DNA of 64,000 bases from an uncultured Candidatus Rokubacteria bacterium (GCA_963708025.1 CAVPSB010000019.1:1-64000); one strand, 5' to 3'; shown: positions 20,213-30,796, numbered from the stretch's first letter. Made by a program: numbers and translations. The notes: generated by a model from the sequence alone, not told the origin.

Positions 20213-21334
20213 ATGAATTTCGCCTTCAGTGACGACCAGCAGCTCCTCCGGAACGCGGCCCGGGCCTTCCTCGACGAGCGCTGCACCTCAGCGATCGTTC
20301 GCGCCCTCTGGGACGACCCGCGAGGCGAGAGCGACGCCTTGTGGAAGGAGATGGCCCGACTGGGCTGGCTCGGCCTGGCGTTGCCCGAGAGCGCGGGCGG
20401 GAGCGGGCTCGGCATGGTGGAGACGGCGATCCTGCTCGAGGAGATGGGCCGGGCCGCCTGTCCGGGGCCGTACTTGCCGACCGTGCTGGCCGGGCACGCG
20501 CTGGCCCGTGCCGGCAGCGCCGCCCAGAAGGCCCGCTGGCTTCCGGCGATTGCGACCGGCGACGCCCGGGCCAGCGTCGCCTTCCTCGACACCGACCTCG
20601 ACTGGCGACCCGAGGCGGCCCAGACGCGGGCCGAGCCGGCGCCGGGCGGCTTCGCGCTGACGGGCGTGAAGCGCTTCGTCTCCTGGGGCCACGTCGCCGA
20701 CCTCCTCCTGATCCCGGCGCGCGCGCCGGACAGTCTCGCCCTCTTCGCGGTCGAGCCGGCCTCCGCCGCCGGGCTCAGCGTGGCCCCGGCGCCGGCGATG
20801 GACCTCGGCACCCGCTGGGCCACCCTGCGGCTCGAGGGCGTGCCGGTCACCGCCGACGCCCTCGTCGGGGCGCCGGGCCAGGCGGGGCCGCTGCTCGAGG
20901 GCCTCCTGCGACGTGGCGCCGTCGGTGCCGCCGCCGAGATGCTCGGCGCCGCCCGGCGCTGCCTCGACATGTCGGTCGGCTACGTGAAGGTCCGGGAGCA
21001 GTTCGGCCAGCCGATCGGCTCCTTCCAGGCGATCCGCCACCGGTGCGCCGAGATGCTGATGGAGGTCGAGAACGCCCACGCCGCCACCTACTACGCCGCC
21101 TGGGCCCTGGACGCCGACGCCGAGGACGCCGCGGTCGCCGCCTCGGTGGCCAAGTCGTACGTCGGCGACGCCGCGCGGCGGGTGTGCGGCGAGGCGATCC
21201 AGGTCCACGGCGGCATCGGCTTCACCTGGGAGTACGACCTCCAGCTCTACTTCAAGCGCGCGAAGGCCCTCGAAGCGACCTACGGCGACGGGGACTACCA
21301 CCGCGAGCTGATCGTTCGCCACGTCGCCCCGTAG
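20213..21334 (+). CDS. Acyl-CoA dehydrogenase (partner subunit)
   Basis: REQFGQPIGSFQAIRH, QVHGGIGFTWE. Confidence 0.9.
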   Translation: MNFAFSDDQQLLRNAARAFLDERCTSAIVRALWDDPRGESDALWKEMARLGWLGLALPESAGGSGLGMVETAILLEEMGRAACPGPYLPTVLAGHALARAGSAAQKARWLPAIATGDARASVAFLDTDLDWRPEAAQTRAEPAPGGFALTGVKRFVSWGHVADLLLIPARAPDSLALFAVEPASAAGLSVAPAPAMDLGTRWATLRLEGVPVTADALVGAPGQAGPLLEGLLRRGAVGAAAEMLGAARRCLDMSVGYVKVREQFGQPIGSFQAIRHRCAEMLMEVENAHAATYYAAWALDADAEDAAVAASVAKSYVGDAARRVCGEAIQVHGGIGFTWEYDLQLYFKRAKALEATYGDGDYHRELIVRHVAP

Positions 21335-21343
21335 GCGGAGATC

Positions 21344-22498
21344 GTGGCCTCGCCGCCGCTCGATGGCATCCGCGTCTGCGACCTGACCAGCTACATCGCC
21401 GGCTCCTACGCCGCGATGATGCTGGCCGACCTCGGCGCCGCCGTGGTCAAGGTGGAGTCGCTCCAGGGCGACTCCTTCCGTGAGCTGCCCGGCTTCTACG
21501 GCTGGAACCGGGGGAAGCGCTCGGTGGCGGTGGACCTGAAGACCCCCGAGGGCCGGGCGATCATCGAGCGCCTCGCCGCCGGGAGCGACGTGGTGATGGA
21601 GAACATGCGGCCCGGCGTAGCCGACCGGCTGGGGCTGGGCGAGGCGACGCTCCGCGCGCGGCACCCGCGGCTCATCTACTGCTCGGTCACCGCGTTCGGC
21701 TCGACCGGCCCCTCCGTGGACCGCCCGGGGTTCGACCCGGTGTTCCAGGCGCTGGCCGGCGTCATGGAGCTCCAGGGGTTCGGCGGCCCACCCCAGTACC
21801 TTCGCATCCCGGTCACCGACTACTACGCCGCCGCCCTCGCCGCCCAGGCGATCCTCACCGCGCTCTTCGTCCGCGAGCGCACCGGGGTGGGCCAGCGGGT
21901 GGAGACGTCGCTCCTCCGCGCCGTGCTGGCGCTCCAGTCGGGGACGGTGGTGCAGTATCCGGGAAAGCCCAACCTGCGCTTCGACAACCCGACCTACCGG
22001 CTCTACCGGGGGGCGGACGACGAGTGGCTCTTCCTGGCCTGCGGGAACCAGGCGTTCTGGGGAAAGCTCTGCGCGGCCCTGGGCGTCCCCGAGCTGGCCG
22101 ACGATTCCCGGTTCGCCTCGTGGCTCCTGCGCGTGCAGAACCGGGAGGCGCTGCTCCCGCTGTTCGAGCGGACGTTCGCCAGCAAGCCCCGCGCGCACTG
22201 GCTCGCGGTGCTGGCCGCCCACGACATCCCGGCGGCGCCGGTCCAGACGCTCCCCGCCTTCCTGGACGACCCGGCGGTGCGGTACCACGGGATGGTCCAG
22301 GAGTACGACCATCCCGAGGTGGGCCGGCTCACGCTGATGGGGCAGCCACTCGTCTTCTCGGAGACCGCGACCCGCGATCCCGGGCCGCCCCCGACCCTCG
22401 GGCAGCACACCGACGCCGTGCTCGGCGAGCTCGGCTACGACGCGGCCGCGATCACCGCGCTGCGGGCGCGCGGCGTCGTGGGGGGCGAGGCGCGCTAG
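21344..22498 (+). CDS. Family III CoA-transferase (CaiB/BaiF)
   Basis: LADLGAAVVKVE, NRGKRS, ENMRPG, PPTLGQHT. Confidence 0.9.
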   Translation: MASPPLDGIRVCDLTSYIAGSYAAMMLADLGAAVVKVESLQGDSFRELPGFYGWNRGKRSVAVDLKTPEGRAIIERLAAGSDVVMENMRPGVADRLGLGEATLRARHPRLIYCSVTAFGSTGPSVDRPGFDPVFQALAGVMELQGFGGPPQYLRIPVTDYYAAALAAQAILTALFVRERTGVGQRVETSLLRAVLALQSGTVVQYPGKPNLRFDNPTYRLYRGADDEWLFLACGNQAFWGKLCAALGVPELADDSRFASWLLRVQNREALLPLFERTFASKPRAHWLAVLAAHDIPAAPVQTLPAFLDDPAVRYHGMVQEYDHPEVGRLTLMGQPLVFSETATRDPGPPPTLGQHTDAVLGELGYDAAAITALRARGVVGGEAR

Positions 22499-22499
22499 G

Positions 22500-23162
22500 C
22501 TAGTTCTCGCCGGTGAAGGCGCTCTGGAAGGCGCGGCCGGCGGACTTCATCCCTTCCCAGACCGCTTCCCCGAAGGCCTTGAAGCCGTCGTGTACCCTGT
22601 CGGCCGCGCGCTTCGTGGCCTGCGCCGTGCCCACGGCGGCGTCCGTCACCGTCCGGCCGACGCCCTTCGCCGTTCCCTCCACGCCCCGGCCCACCTGCTG
22701 CGTCCCATCCACCACCTGACGGGGCCCGTCCGGGGGACTCGAGGGCGGCGTGTCAGCAGGGGCCGTCGTCGGCGGCGGGGGCGGGGAGACGGCCGGGGCC
22801 GCGGCGGGCGCGGGCGCGGCCGCCACTGGTGGCGCCGCCGGCGCCTCGGCCCGGAACTCGCGCAGCTCGTCCAGCTCCACGGTCAGCTCGCCCAGGGCGG
22901 TCTGGACGCGCAGGCGCCCGCCGACGAGCGTGCCGCGCACCACGCGCCCGTCCTTGAGCCGGACCTCCTCGCGGGTCAGCGCGCTGACCTGCTCGGTGGA
23001 CACCTCCACCAGATCCGAGCCGGTCGAGACCATGAGGACGCCGGGCCCCAGGTCGCCGGCCAGGCGGCTTCCGTTGGCGTAGCGCAGCTCGCCCGCGGCG
23101 GCCGGTCCGGCGAGCCCCAGAGCGAGCGCGAGAGGGAGGGCGAAGATCGTCGCTGATCGCAT
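22500..23162 (-). CDS. Hypothetical secreted protein with a Pro/Ala linker
   Basis: GGAGGT RBS; signal peptide MRSATIFALPLALALGLAGPAAA. Confidence 0.7.
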   Translation of the reverse strand: MRSATIFALPLALALGLAGPAAAGELRYANGSRLAGDLGPGVLMVSTGSDLVEVSTEQVSALTREEVRLKDGRVVRGTLVGGRLRVQTALGELTVELDELREFRAEAPAAPPVAAAPAPAAAPAVSPPPPPTTAPADTPPSSPPDGPRQVVDGTQQVGRGVEGTAKGVGRTVTDAAVGTAQATKRAADRVHDGFKAFGEAVWEGMKSAGRAFQSAFTGEN

Positions 23163-23262
23163 GGCAGCGTGTACCTCCGGGCGGTCGGAATGCAGGGGCG
23201 GCCCCTCCATCATTCTCGCAACGGAGCCGTCCGATCCCGCCGATTTTTTTTGCTCGGCGGCG

Positions 23263-24417
23263 CTACTCGGGACGGGCGGGGCGGAGGAGGGCCAGGGGCA
23301 CGCAGGCGATGCCGGCGACGGCGAGCACGACGTAGAGGACGACGGGCGGGGCGACGGCGAGGATCGAGGTGGCCAGGACCGGCCCGATGAACGAGGCGCC
23401 GATGCGCGCGGAGTTCACGATGCCGACGGCGCCGCCACTGCCCTGCTGGGCGACCCGGCCCACGACCAGCGGGAAGATCGGCGCCGCGCAGAGGACTTGC
23501 AGGAAACGTACCGTGGTGTAGCCCCACACACCGGACGGCAGCGCCATCGCCGCCATCAAGGCGCCGGAGGCCAGGAGGAGACCCGCCATGAGGCGCCGCT
23601 CGGGCGCCATCCCGGCGAGGCGCGGCGTGGCCACGGCGCCCAGCGCGGCGGCGGCGGCCGAGGCGAAGACCAGGAGGCCGCCGACCTCGATGATGCCGTC
23701 ACCCGACACGCCGAGACCGGGCAGGATCTGGGGGAGAACCGACGTCAGGAAGAAGAGCTGGGTGGACACCGCCAGGATGACCACGCACTCGACGACGAGA
23801 TCGGCGGCCCGGATCGTCCCCCGGGCCGCGGCCGGGCGCTCCGCCTGGGGCGGCAGCTTGACACCCCAGTGGACGAAGGCGGCCGAGCCCAGCAGGATCA
23901 GGCCGCCCAGCGCGAACGACGGGCGGAAGCCCAGGCGCGCCGACGCGATGGCGCCGCCGAGCGGCCCCGTCACCTGACCGACGGTCATCGCCGTCTGGAT
24001 CGCCGCCACGTGACCACGGACCCGGGCGCGGTCCGCCTCGCGGCCGGCGATCAGGAAGGCGAGCGTGGAGGCGGCGCCCATGAAGCCGAGGGCGAACCGG
24101 GCGACGAACAGCTCGAAGACCGTGCGGGTCGCGGCCAGGGCGAGGAAGCCGGCGCCCTGGAAGAGCTGGATCCGGACGTAGTAGGTCTTGGGGTCCCCCC
24201 CCGCCGCCAGCCGGCCCCAGGCCGGGCCGGTGAGCATCGTGACCAGCGACGAGATGCCGACGATCCAGCCGGTCCAGCGGAGGGTGGTGACGGCGTCGCT
24301 CGTGCTGATGGCCTGGACGTAGAACGGCAGGCTGATGAACGTGAACCCCCAGGCGAAGCTGCCCAGGAACATGGAGATGGTGAGGGCGCGCGTCCCGTGC
24401 CACATCTTCGCCGGCAC
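23263..24417 (-). CDS. MFS transporter (DHA1/MdtG-like)
   Basis: 12 hydrophobic segments; GPAWGRLA, GPLGGAI. Confidence 0.85.
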   Translation of the reverse strand: MPAKMWHGTRALTISMFLGSFAWGFTFISLPFYVQAISTSDAVTTLRWTGWIVGISSLVTMLTGPAWGRLAAGGDPKTYYVRIQLFQGAGFLALAATRTVFELFVARFALGFMGAASTLAFLIAGREADRARVRGHVAAIQTAMTVGQVTGPLGGAIASARLGFRPSFALGGLILLGSAAFVHWGVKLPPQAERPAAARGTIRAADLVVECVVILAVSTQLFFLTSVLPQILPGLGVSGDGIIEVGGLLVFASAAAAALGAVATPRLAGMAPERRLMAGLLLASGALMAAMALPSGVWGYTTVRFLQVLCAAPIFPLVVGRVAQQGSGGAVGIVNSARIGASFIGPVLATSILAVAPPVVLYVVLAVAGIACVPLALLRPARPE

Positions 24418-24455
24418 CGGTCAGCCCGAGGGTGGGACGCCGCGGAGCGCGGGGG

Positions 24456-25748
24456 TCAGGCTCGACTGCGAAGCGCGTCGATCGCGGAGGCGAAAGCTTT
24501 GACGGTGTCCTCCACGTCCCGCTCGTCGTGGACGATCGACAGGTAGAACTTGCTGAATCCCCGGAAGACGCCGCGCTCCCGGAGCAGCCGCACGAAGTGC
24601 TGGAGCTTCGCCTTGTCGGCCCGGAGCGTCGAGCGGTAGTCGGTGATCTCGCCGTCGGTGAAGAAGACGTCGAAGAGGACGCCCTCGCCCACGACCCGGG
24701 CCGGGACCCGCGCGTCGTCGCAGGTCTGCTGGAGCGCCCGCTTGAGCCGGTTCCCGATCGCGTGCATGCGCTCGTAGGTGCCGGGGCGCTTGAGGATGCG
24801 GACGGTGGCCAGGCCGGCGGCGGTGGCGACGGGGTTGCCGCTCAGCGTCCCGATCTGCGGCAGGAAGCGCTCGTGCTCGACCAGCGAGGCGTCGAAGTGG
24901 GCCATGATCTCTTCGCGGCCGGCGACCGCCGTCAGCGGGAAGCCGCCGCCGACCGCCTTGCCCAGCGAGCAAAGATCCGGCGTGACCCCGTAGAACTCCT
25001 GGGCGCCGCCGTAGGCGAAGCGGAAGGAGGTCACCACCTCGTCGAAGATCAGCGGGATGCCGTGCTGCCGGGTGACCGCCCGGAGCCCCTGGAGGAAGCC
25101 GGGCCGGGGCGGCAGCAGCCGCTGGAACGGCTCGACGATCACCCCGGCCAGCTCGTCCCGGTGCTTCTCGATGAGGGCGGTGCTCGTCTCCAGGTCGTTG
25201 AAGGGCGCGATCAGCATGGTCTCGGCCACTGCGCGGGGGATGCCGGCCGAGCCCGCCACCGGCTCCGGGAAGGGGGCGAGCGCGGTCGGGGCCATGCTCA
25301 TCAGCGCGTAGTCGTTCATCCCGTGGAAGCCGCCCTCGAACTTGAGGATCTTCTCGCGCCGGCGGAACGCCCGGGCGACCCGCATGGCGTAGAGGCTCGC
25401 CTCGGTGCCGGTCGAGCAGAAGCGGACCTTCTCGGCGCACGGCATCGCCTTCGAGATCTCCTCGGCGAGGAGGATGGCGTTCTCGTTGTTGACGAAGAAC
25501 GTCGAGCCGCGCTCGAGCTGCTCGCGGACCGCCGCCACCACCTCGGGGTGGGCGTGGCCGACGAGCATCGGGCCGGACCCGAGGAGGTAGTCGACGTACT
25601 CGTGGCCGCTGGCGTCGGTCACCCGGCTCCCCCGGCCGCTCTGGAGGATGACGTCGTCGGCCATGTTGCCGAGCGTCCCACCCGCCAGGTACTTCGCCGC
25701 CTTGGCGACCAGCTCCACTTCCCGTGCGCTGCGCTCGATCCCGGGCAT
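24456..25748 (-). CDS. Class III aminotransferase (glutamate-1-semialdehyde aminomutase-like)
   Basis: FEGGFHG, LIFDEVVTSFR, SLGKAVGGG, GTLSGNP. Confidence 0.9.
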   Translation of the reverse strand: MPGIERSAREVELVAKAAKYLAGGTLGNMADDVILQSGRGSRVTDASGHEYVDYLLGSGPMLVGHAHPEVVAAVREQLERGSTFFVNNENAILLAEEISKAMPCAEKVRFCSTGTEASLYAMRVARAFRRREKILKFEGGFHGMNDYALMSMAPTALAPFPEPVAGSAGIPRAVAETMLIAPFNDLETSTALIEKHRDELAGVIVEPFQRLLPPRPGFLQGLRAVTRQHGIPLIFDEVVTSFRFAYGGAQEFYGVTPDLCSLGKAVGGGFPLTAVAGREEIMAHFDASLVEHERFLPQIGTLSGNPVATAAGLATVRILKRPGTYERMHAIGNRLKRALQQTCDDARVPARVVGEGVLFDVFFTDGEITDYRSTLRADKAKLQHFVRLLRERGVFRGFSKFYLSIVHDERDVEDTVKAFASAIDALRSRA

Positions 25749-25941
25749 CGTCGCCTCCTCGCGCTGGACGTGAATCGGGACCCCCCCAGGATAGCAGACC
25801 GGTGGACCCGGCGGGGGGCGGTCAGCCGGCGCACGACCCGCAGGAACGATGACTACCAGCGCTGGCTCGACTCGCTGAAGGGCGGGGCGCTGGAATAGGA
25901 GCGCCGACGGAAGCCGATGAAGCAGTGACCCGGAGGAGCGA

Positions 25942-25965
25942 CCCGGTGCCCACTTGGGCACCGGG
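25942..25965 (-). terminator. Hairpin downstream of the peptide-binding protein gene
   Basis: cccggtgccca-ct-tgggcaccggg perfect inverted repeat, no U-tract. Confidence 0.45.
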
Positions 25966-25989
25966 CCATTCGCACCTCGCGTCAGGCCG

Positions 25990-27735
25990 TCAGGCCTTCT
26001 CGACCATGTACAGGTGGGAGAGCATGTCGACGTAGATGTTGCCCTCGACGACCGGCTCGCCCGCCTTGTTCTTCTCGATGCCGCGCACCCAGGGCTTGGC
26101 ATGGCAGCGTAGCGCACGACCCAGGCGACCGGGACGTAGCCGACGTCGGTCTGGAGGAGCTCCTCGGCCTTGAGCGTAGTGCTCCAGGCGCTTCTTTGCG
26201 TCGCGGGTGTCGCGGCCGGCCTCGAGCACCTTGTCGAACTGCTCGTTGCGACCAGGCCTGGCGCTTGCCGGACGGCTTGCTTGCTGTAGAAGGTGTCGAA
26301 GTACTCGTTGTGGGGGTCCGGGTAGTCCATGAACCAGCGGATCCACACGAGCTGGAGGTCCTGCTTCCAGAGCCGCTCGCGGAAGACGCGGGGCTCCAGC
26401 ACTTCCAGCTCGGTCTTCAGGTTGAGGTGCTCGAGCAGCACGGCCTGGACGGCCTCGGCCATGGGCTTCGACTGGAGCGCCTCGTCCCGCATCGAGAGGA
26501 CGACCTTCGGCCAGTTCTTGCCGCCCTCGAAGGGCGTGCCCTTCAGCATCGACATCGCCAGCTTCGGATCGAACTTCTGGATGTCCTTGATCTTCTTGTC
26601 GTCGACGAACCCGGGGAACCCCGGCGGAATCATGCAGTGCGCCGGGATGGAGAAGCCCTGGGCGACCTTGGCGACCGACTCGCGGTCCACCGCGTGGGAC
26701 AGCGCCTGGCGGACCTTCGGGTTGTCGAAGGGCGGCTTGGTCACCTGCGGGGTCAGGTACCAGGTGCCGGGGTACGGGATAGCGGAAGACCTCCTTGGCG
26801 GTCTTCGGGTCGGCCTGGATCCGCTTGAGGTCGGCGGCCTGGAGGACCGTCAGGTCGATCTCGTTGTTCTCGTACGGGAGGGCCCCGGCCTGGACGCCGA
26901 TGATCGGGATGATCACCTTCTCGAGCGTCACGTCCTTGGCGTCGAAGAAGTGCTTGTTCTTCCGGAGGACGATCTGCTTCTGGTGCTCCCACGCCTCCAG
27001 GACGAACGGGCCGTTGGAGACGATGTTCTCCGGCTCCGTCCACTTGTCGCCGTGCTTCTCGATCGACGGCCGGTGGCCCGGGCAGCGCCGCCAGGTAGGC
27101 CGAGAGCACCGGGAAGTAGCCGCGCGGCCCCTCCAGCGTCGACCTCGAGCGTCCAGTCGTCCTTGGCCTTGACGCCCACCTGGGCGGCGTCCGCGATCTG
27201 GCCCTTGTTGAACGCCTGGCCGTTCTTGAGGTCGTAGAGGAACGCGGCGTACGGCGCCTTCGAGCGCCGGGTCGAGCTGGCGCTTCCAGGAGTACTCGAA
27301 GTCCTTGGCCGTGCACGGGCTCCCGTCCGACCACTTGGAGTCCTTGCGGATGGTGAAGGTCCACACGGAGCCGTCCGCGTTGGACGTGACCTTGCTGGCC
27401 ACGTAGGGGACGACCTGGAAGTCGGCGTTGAACTTCATGAGCCCGGCCCAGAGCGCCGCCACGCCGTTGCAGTAGAGGTCCTTGTTGAAGTCGTGGCTCG
27501 CGGGCTCGTACTGGTACAGGCCGCCGCCGCCGTACCGGAAGACCTGCTCCTTGGCGAGCTTCTCGCCGGGCGCCAGCTTCGGCGCCGCCGAGGCGGGCCG
27601 GGCGTTGAAGCCGGCGGCGCCCATGGTGGCCAGGCCCGCCGCGATCCGGAGGAAGCCGCGGCGATCGACGCCGGCGGCGCCGAGGCGCTCGGCGAGCAGC
27701 TCCATCTGCTGGTCGGGAATCGGGGGACGCTTCAT
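25990..27735 (-). CDS. oppA: OppA-like substrate-binding protein with Tat signal; several frameshifts
   Basis: DRRGFL Tat motif; SNGPF, VRQALSHAVD, WFMDYPDP found across alternating frames. Confidence 0.8.
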   Translation of the reverse strand: MKRPPIPDQQMELLAERLGAAGVDRRGFLRIAAGLATMGAAGFNARPASAAPKLAPGEKLAKEQVFRYGGGGLYQYEPASHDFNKDLYCNGVAALWAGLMKFNADFQVVPYVASKVTSNADGSVWTFTIRKDSKWSDGSPCTAKDFEYSWKRQLDPALEGAVRRVPLRPQERPGVQQGPDRGRRPGGRQGQGRLDARGRRWRGRAATSRCSRPTWRRCPGHRPSIEKHGDKWTEPENIVSNGPFVLEAWEHQKQIVLRKNKHFFDAKDVTLEKVIIPIIGVQAGALPYENNEIDLTVLQAADLKRIQADPKTAKEVFRYPVPRHLVPDPAGDQAALRQPEGPPGAVPRGGPRVGRQGRPGLLHPGALHDSAGVPRVRRRQEDQGHPEVRSEAGDVDAEGHALRGRQELAEGRPLDAGRGAPVEAHGRGRPGRAARAPQPEDRAGSAGAPRLPRAALEAGPPARVDPLVHGLPGPPQRVLRHLLQQASRPASARPGRNEQFDKVLEAGRDTRDAKKRLEHYAQGRGAPPDRRRLRPGRLGRALRCHAKPWVRGIEKNKAGEPVVEGNIYVDMLSHLYMVEKA

Positions 27736-27766
27736 GCGGAATCCTCCTTGGTTGGGGGTGGCGTGG

Positions 27767-28680
27767 CTACGACTTCAGCTTCGGGTCGAGGGCGTCCCGG
27801 ACGCCGTCGCCCAGGAAGGTGAACGACAGCATGGTGACGGCGATGCCGATCGCCGGGAACACGCACAGGTGCCAGTACGTCCGGAGATACTGCTGGCCCT
27901 CGCCGACCATCTGGCCCCAGGAGGGGGTCGGCGGGTTGATGCCGACGCCGATGAAGGACAGCGCGGCCTCGGTGAAGATCGCCTGGGGGATCCCGAAGGT
28001 GACCGCCACGACGATCGGGGTCAGCGCGTTCGGCATGACGTGGCGGCCGAGGAGCCGCGCCGGACCCCGCGCCGAGGCCGCGGGCGCCCTCGACGAACTC
28101 CTTCTCCTTGATCGCCAGCACCTGGGCGCGCGTCTGCCGGGCGATGCCGACCCACCCGGTGAGCCCGATGGCGATGAAGATGTTGAAGAGCCCGGCGCCG
28201 AGCATCGACATGACCAGGATGACGAAGAGGAGGTTCGGGAAGGCGTACATGACGTCCACGAGCCGCATCAGGTAGAGGTCGACGCGCCCCCCGAACCAGC
28301 CGGACAGGGCGCCGATCGGCACGCCGATGAGCACCACGATGACCTGGGCGCCCAGCCCGACCAGCATGGACACCCGCGCCCCGTAGATCATCCGGGACAG
28401 GAGGTCGCGGCCGAGCTGGTCGGTCCCCATGGGGTAGTCGCGCGACGGCGACTCGTTCAGGCGGCCGAAGTTCGTCTTCGTGTAGGGCGAACGGGGCGAG
28501 GACGTCGGCGAAGATCGCGAGCAGCGCAGAGGATCAGGACCACGATCGCCGCCCGCCACCGCCAGGCGGTTCCTGAGGAGCCGCCGGAAGGCATCCCGCC
28601 AGAGGCTCGACGAGCGGACCGGCCGGCGATCGACCCGCGGCGACCGCGTCGGCGCAGGATCGCCCCGGCCGCGACGCTCA
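27767..28680 (-). CDS. oppC: OppC-like permease (frameshifted; start uncertain)
   Basis: [40 protein letters not shown]. Confidence 0.8.
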
Positions 28681-29608
28681 GTACCGGATGCGGGGGTCGA
28701 GAGTGCCATAGACGAGGTCGACGACCAGGTTCATGGCCGCCAGGAACGCGCCGTAGGTCAGCACCACGGCCATGATCATCGGGTAGTCCCGGCCCGTCAT
28801 CGATTCCACGAAGAAGCGCCCCATGCCCGGCACCCGGAAGATCGCCTCCACGAAGAAGGAGCCGGTGCCGATGGCGGCGAACAGGGGGCCGAGCACCGTC
28901 ACGATCGGGATGAGGGCGTTCTTGAGGGCGTGCTTGAAGATGACCGGCTGCTCGGCCAGCCCCTTGGCGCGGGCGGTCAGGGTGTAGTCGGCGCGGATCA
29001 CCTCCAGCATGCTGGCCCGCGTGTACCGGGCCACGATGCCCATCGGGCCCAGGGCCAGCGCGATGCGTCGGCAGCGACCCAGTGTCGCGGGCGAGTCCCA
29101 GCCGCCGGTCGGGAAGAGCGGCATCACGAACGAGAAGAGGATGATGGCGAACACGGCCAGGACGAAGTTCGGCACCGCGACCCCGAACGTGGCCAGGCTC
29201 ACCGACACGTAGTCCCACGTCCGGTTCTGGTGCACCGCGGCCAGGATGCCGAGCGTCAGGCCGCCGACGACCGCGACCACGAAGGCCATCGTGCCGAGGA
29301 AGAGCGACACCGGGAAGGTCGCCCGGATGATCTCGTTGACCGTCCGGGTCTTGTAGACGAACGAGTTGCCGAAGTCGCCCGCGGACGGCCTTGCCGAGGA
29401 AGATCAGGAACTGCTGGTAGAGCGGCTTGTCCAGCCCGTAGGCGGCGGCGAGGTTCTTCTGGGCCTCGATGGGCAAGGGATTGGCGCCCTCCGCCACGGG
29501 ATCGAGCGGGCTCCCCGGCGTCGCATGCATCACCAGGAAGGTCACGAGCGCCATGGCCAGGAGCGTGGGGATGAGCCAGAGGACGCGGGACATCGCGTAG
29601 TGGAGCAA
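28678..29608 (-). CDS. oppB: OppB-like permease (frameshift near 29385)
   Basis: PGSP, YGLDKPL, DYTLTARAKG, RDYP. Confidence 0.8.
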
Positions 29609-29617
29609 CTCACCTGT

Positions 29618-29660
29618 CTCCGGGTGCCCCTACTATCGACAAAGGGGTGCCCCGGGTCAA
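29618..29660 (-). promoter_or_regulatory. Putative promoter of the opp operon (motif shared with the livK promoter)
   Basis: Minus strand TTGACC-N18-ATAGTAGGGGCACCCGGAG. Confidence 0.65.
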
Positions 29661-29744
29661 GGGCGCCTTTGCGGGGCGATCCCCTCGTTCGCCGCCAGAT
29701 TCAGGGGAACCGCCCGGCCCGACCGAGGTGGCCTGCGGCCTGAA

Positions 29745-30110
29745 TCACGGGTCCACGTCGAGGACGTGGGTCACCTGGTCGGTCACGGGGCCGGCGACGC
29801 GCACCGCGACGACCCAGCGCCCGGCCATCTCCAGGTCCAGGGTGCCCTCGTAGGTGCCGGCGCCCGTCCCGGGCCGAGCCGGGACGGGGCGCACGCCGTG
29901 CGCCAGCGGCATCGACGGCATGTCCGCGTGCAGCGTGACCGTCGCGCCGGGCACGGCCCGGCCCGTTCGCCGGTCGGTGAGCCGGACACTGCACCGCTGA
30001 CGCAGCGGGGAGCCCTCGGGGGCGCAGGCGACGTCGACCGCCACCGCCGGGGGCGCCGGGGGCGAGCAGCCGGCGCCGAGCGCGCAGAGGAGGAGCACCG
30101 TTCGCCTCAC
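29745..30110 (-). CDS. YtkA/FixH-like lipoprotein
   Basis: Lipobox GAGC; ADMPSMPLAH, GTYEG, MAGRW. Confidence 0.7.
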   Translation of the reverse strand: MRRTVLLLCALGAGCSPPAPPAVAVDVACAPEGSPLRQRCSVRLTDRRTGRAVPGATVTLHADMPSMPLAHGVRPVPARPGTGAGTYEGTLDLEMAGRWVVAVRVAGPVTDQVTHVLDVDP

Positions 30111-30796
30111 GGACGGTGGGCCCGGCCCAGGTAGGCGTCCAGCACCCGGGGATCGGTGCCCAGCGCCCCGGGTGGGCCGTCGAAGAGCGTCTCGCCGAGG
30201 TGGAGCATCACCACGCGCGGGCACAGGCGCGTCAGCACGCGGAGCTTGTGCTCGACGAGGAGGGTGATGCAGCCGGCCGGCACCGCGCCCTCCAGCCACG
30301 CGGCCGTGGCGTCCGCCTCGGCGGCGGTGAGGCCGGCCAGCGGCTCGTCCAGGAGCAGGAGCCGCGGCTGGCCGGCCATCGCGCGCGCCAGCTCCACCCG
30401 GCGGGCCTCGCCCGGGGTCAGCGCTCCGGCCAGATCTCCCCGGCGCGAGTCGAGCCCGGCGCCGGCGAGCCATGGGCTCGGGTCGAGCCGGCGCCCGGCC
30501 CGGACGTTCTCCTCCACCGTCAGCCGCGCGAACACGCGGGGCGACTGGAAGACGCGACCGACGCCCGCCCGCGCCACGGCGTCGGGCGGGCGCCCGGTGA
30601 GACGGACGCCGCCCAGCCGGACGCTCCCGGCGGCCGGCCGCACGAAGCCGCTGATGACGTCGAGCAGCGTGCTCTTGCCGGCGCCGTTCGGGCCGACCAG
30701 GCCGATCCGCTCCCCCGGCGCGGCGGCGAGGCTGAGGTCCCGCAGCACGACGGCGGGGCCGAAGCTCACCGAGACCCCTTCGATGGCCAGCGTCAC
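30107..30796 (-). CDS. Branched-chain ABC ATPase (second LivG-like)
   Basis: GPNGAGKST, LLLDEP. Confidence 0.85.
   Translation of the reverse strand: MTLAIEGVSVSFGPAVVLRDLSLAAAPGERIGLVGPNGAGKSTLLDVISGFVRPAAGSVRLGGVRLTGRPPDAVARAGVGRVFQSPRVFARLTVEENVRAGRRLDPSPWLAGAGLDSRRGDLAGALTPGEARRVELARAMAGQPRLLLLDEPLAGLTAAEADATAAWLEGAVPAGCITLLVEHKLRVLTRLCPRVVMLHLGETLFDGPPGALGTDPRVLDAYLGRAHRP

Noticed and set aside
24456-25748. Assigning hemL
   Set aside because: No tetrapyrrole genes in context, and such genomes carry many GSA-like paralogues.
25800-25898. Protein-like tail DDYQRWLDSLKGGALE* on the plus strand
   Set aside because: No supported start or recognisable family; may be a gene relic but cannot be assigned.
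25990-29608. Opp genes as true pseudogenes or programmed frameshifts
   Set aside because: Single-base indels cluster in patches (also 15609, 40745, 42340, 43100-43880, 54690-55130) while motifs stay intact. Long-read consensus error is more likely; read polishing would decide.
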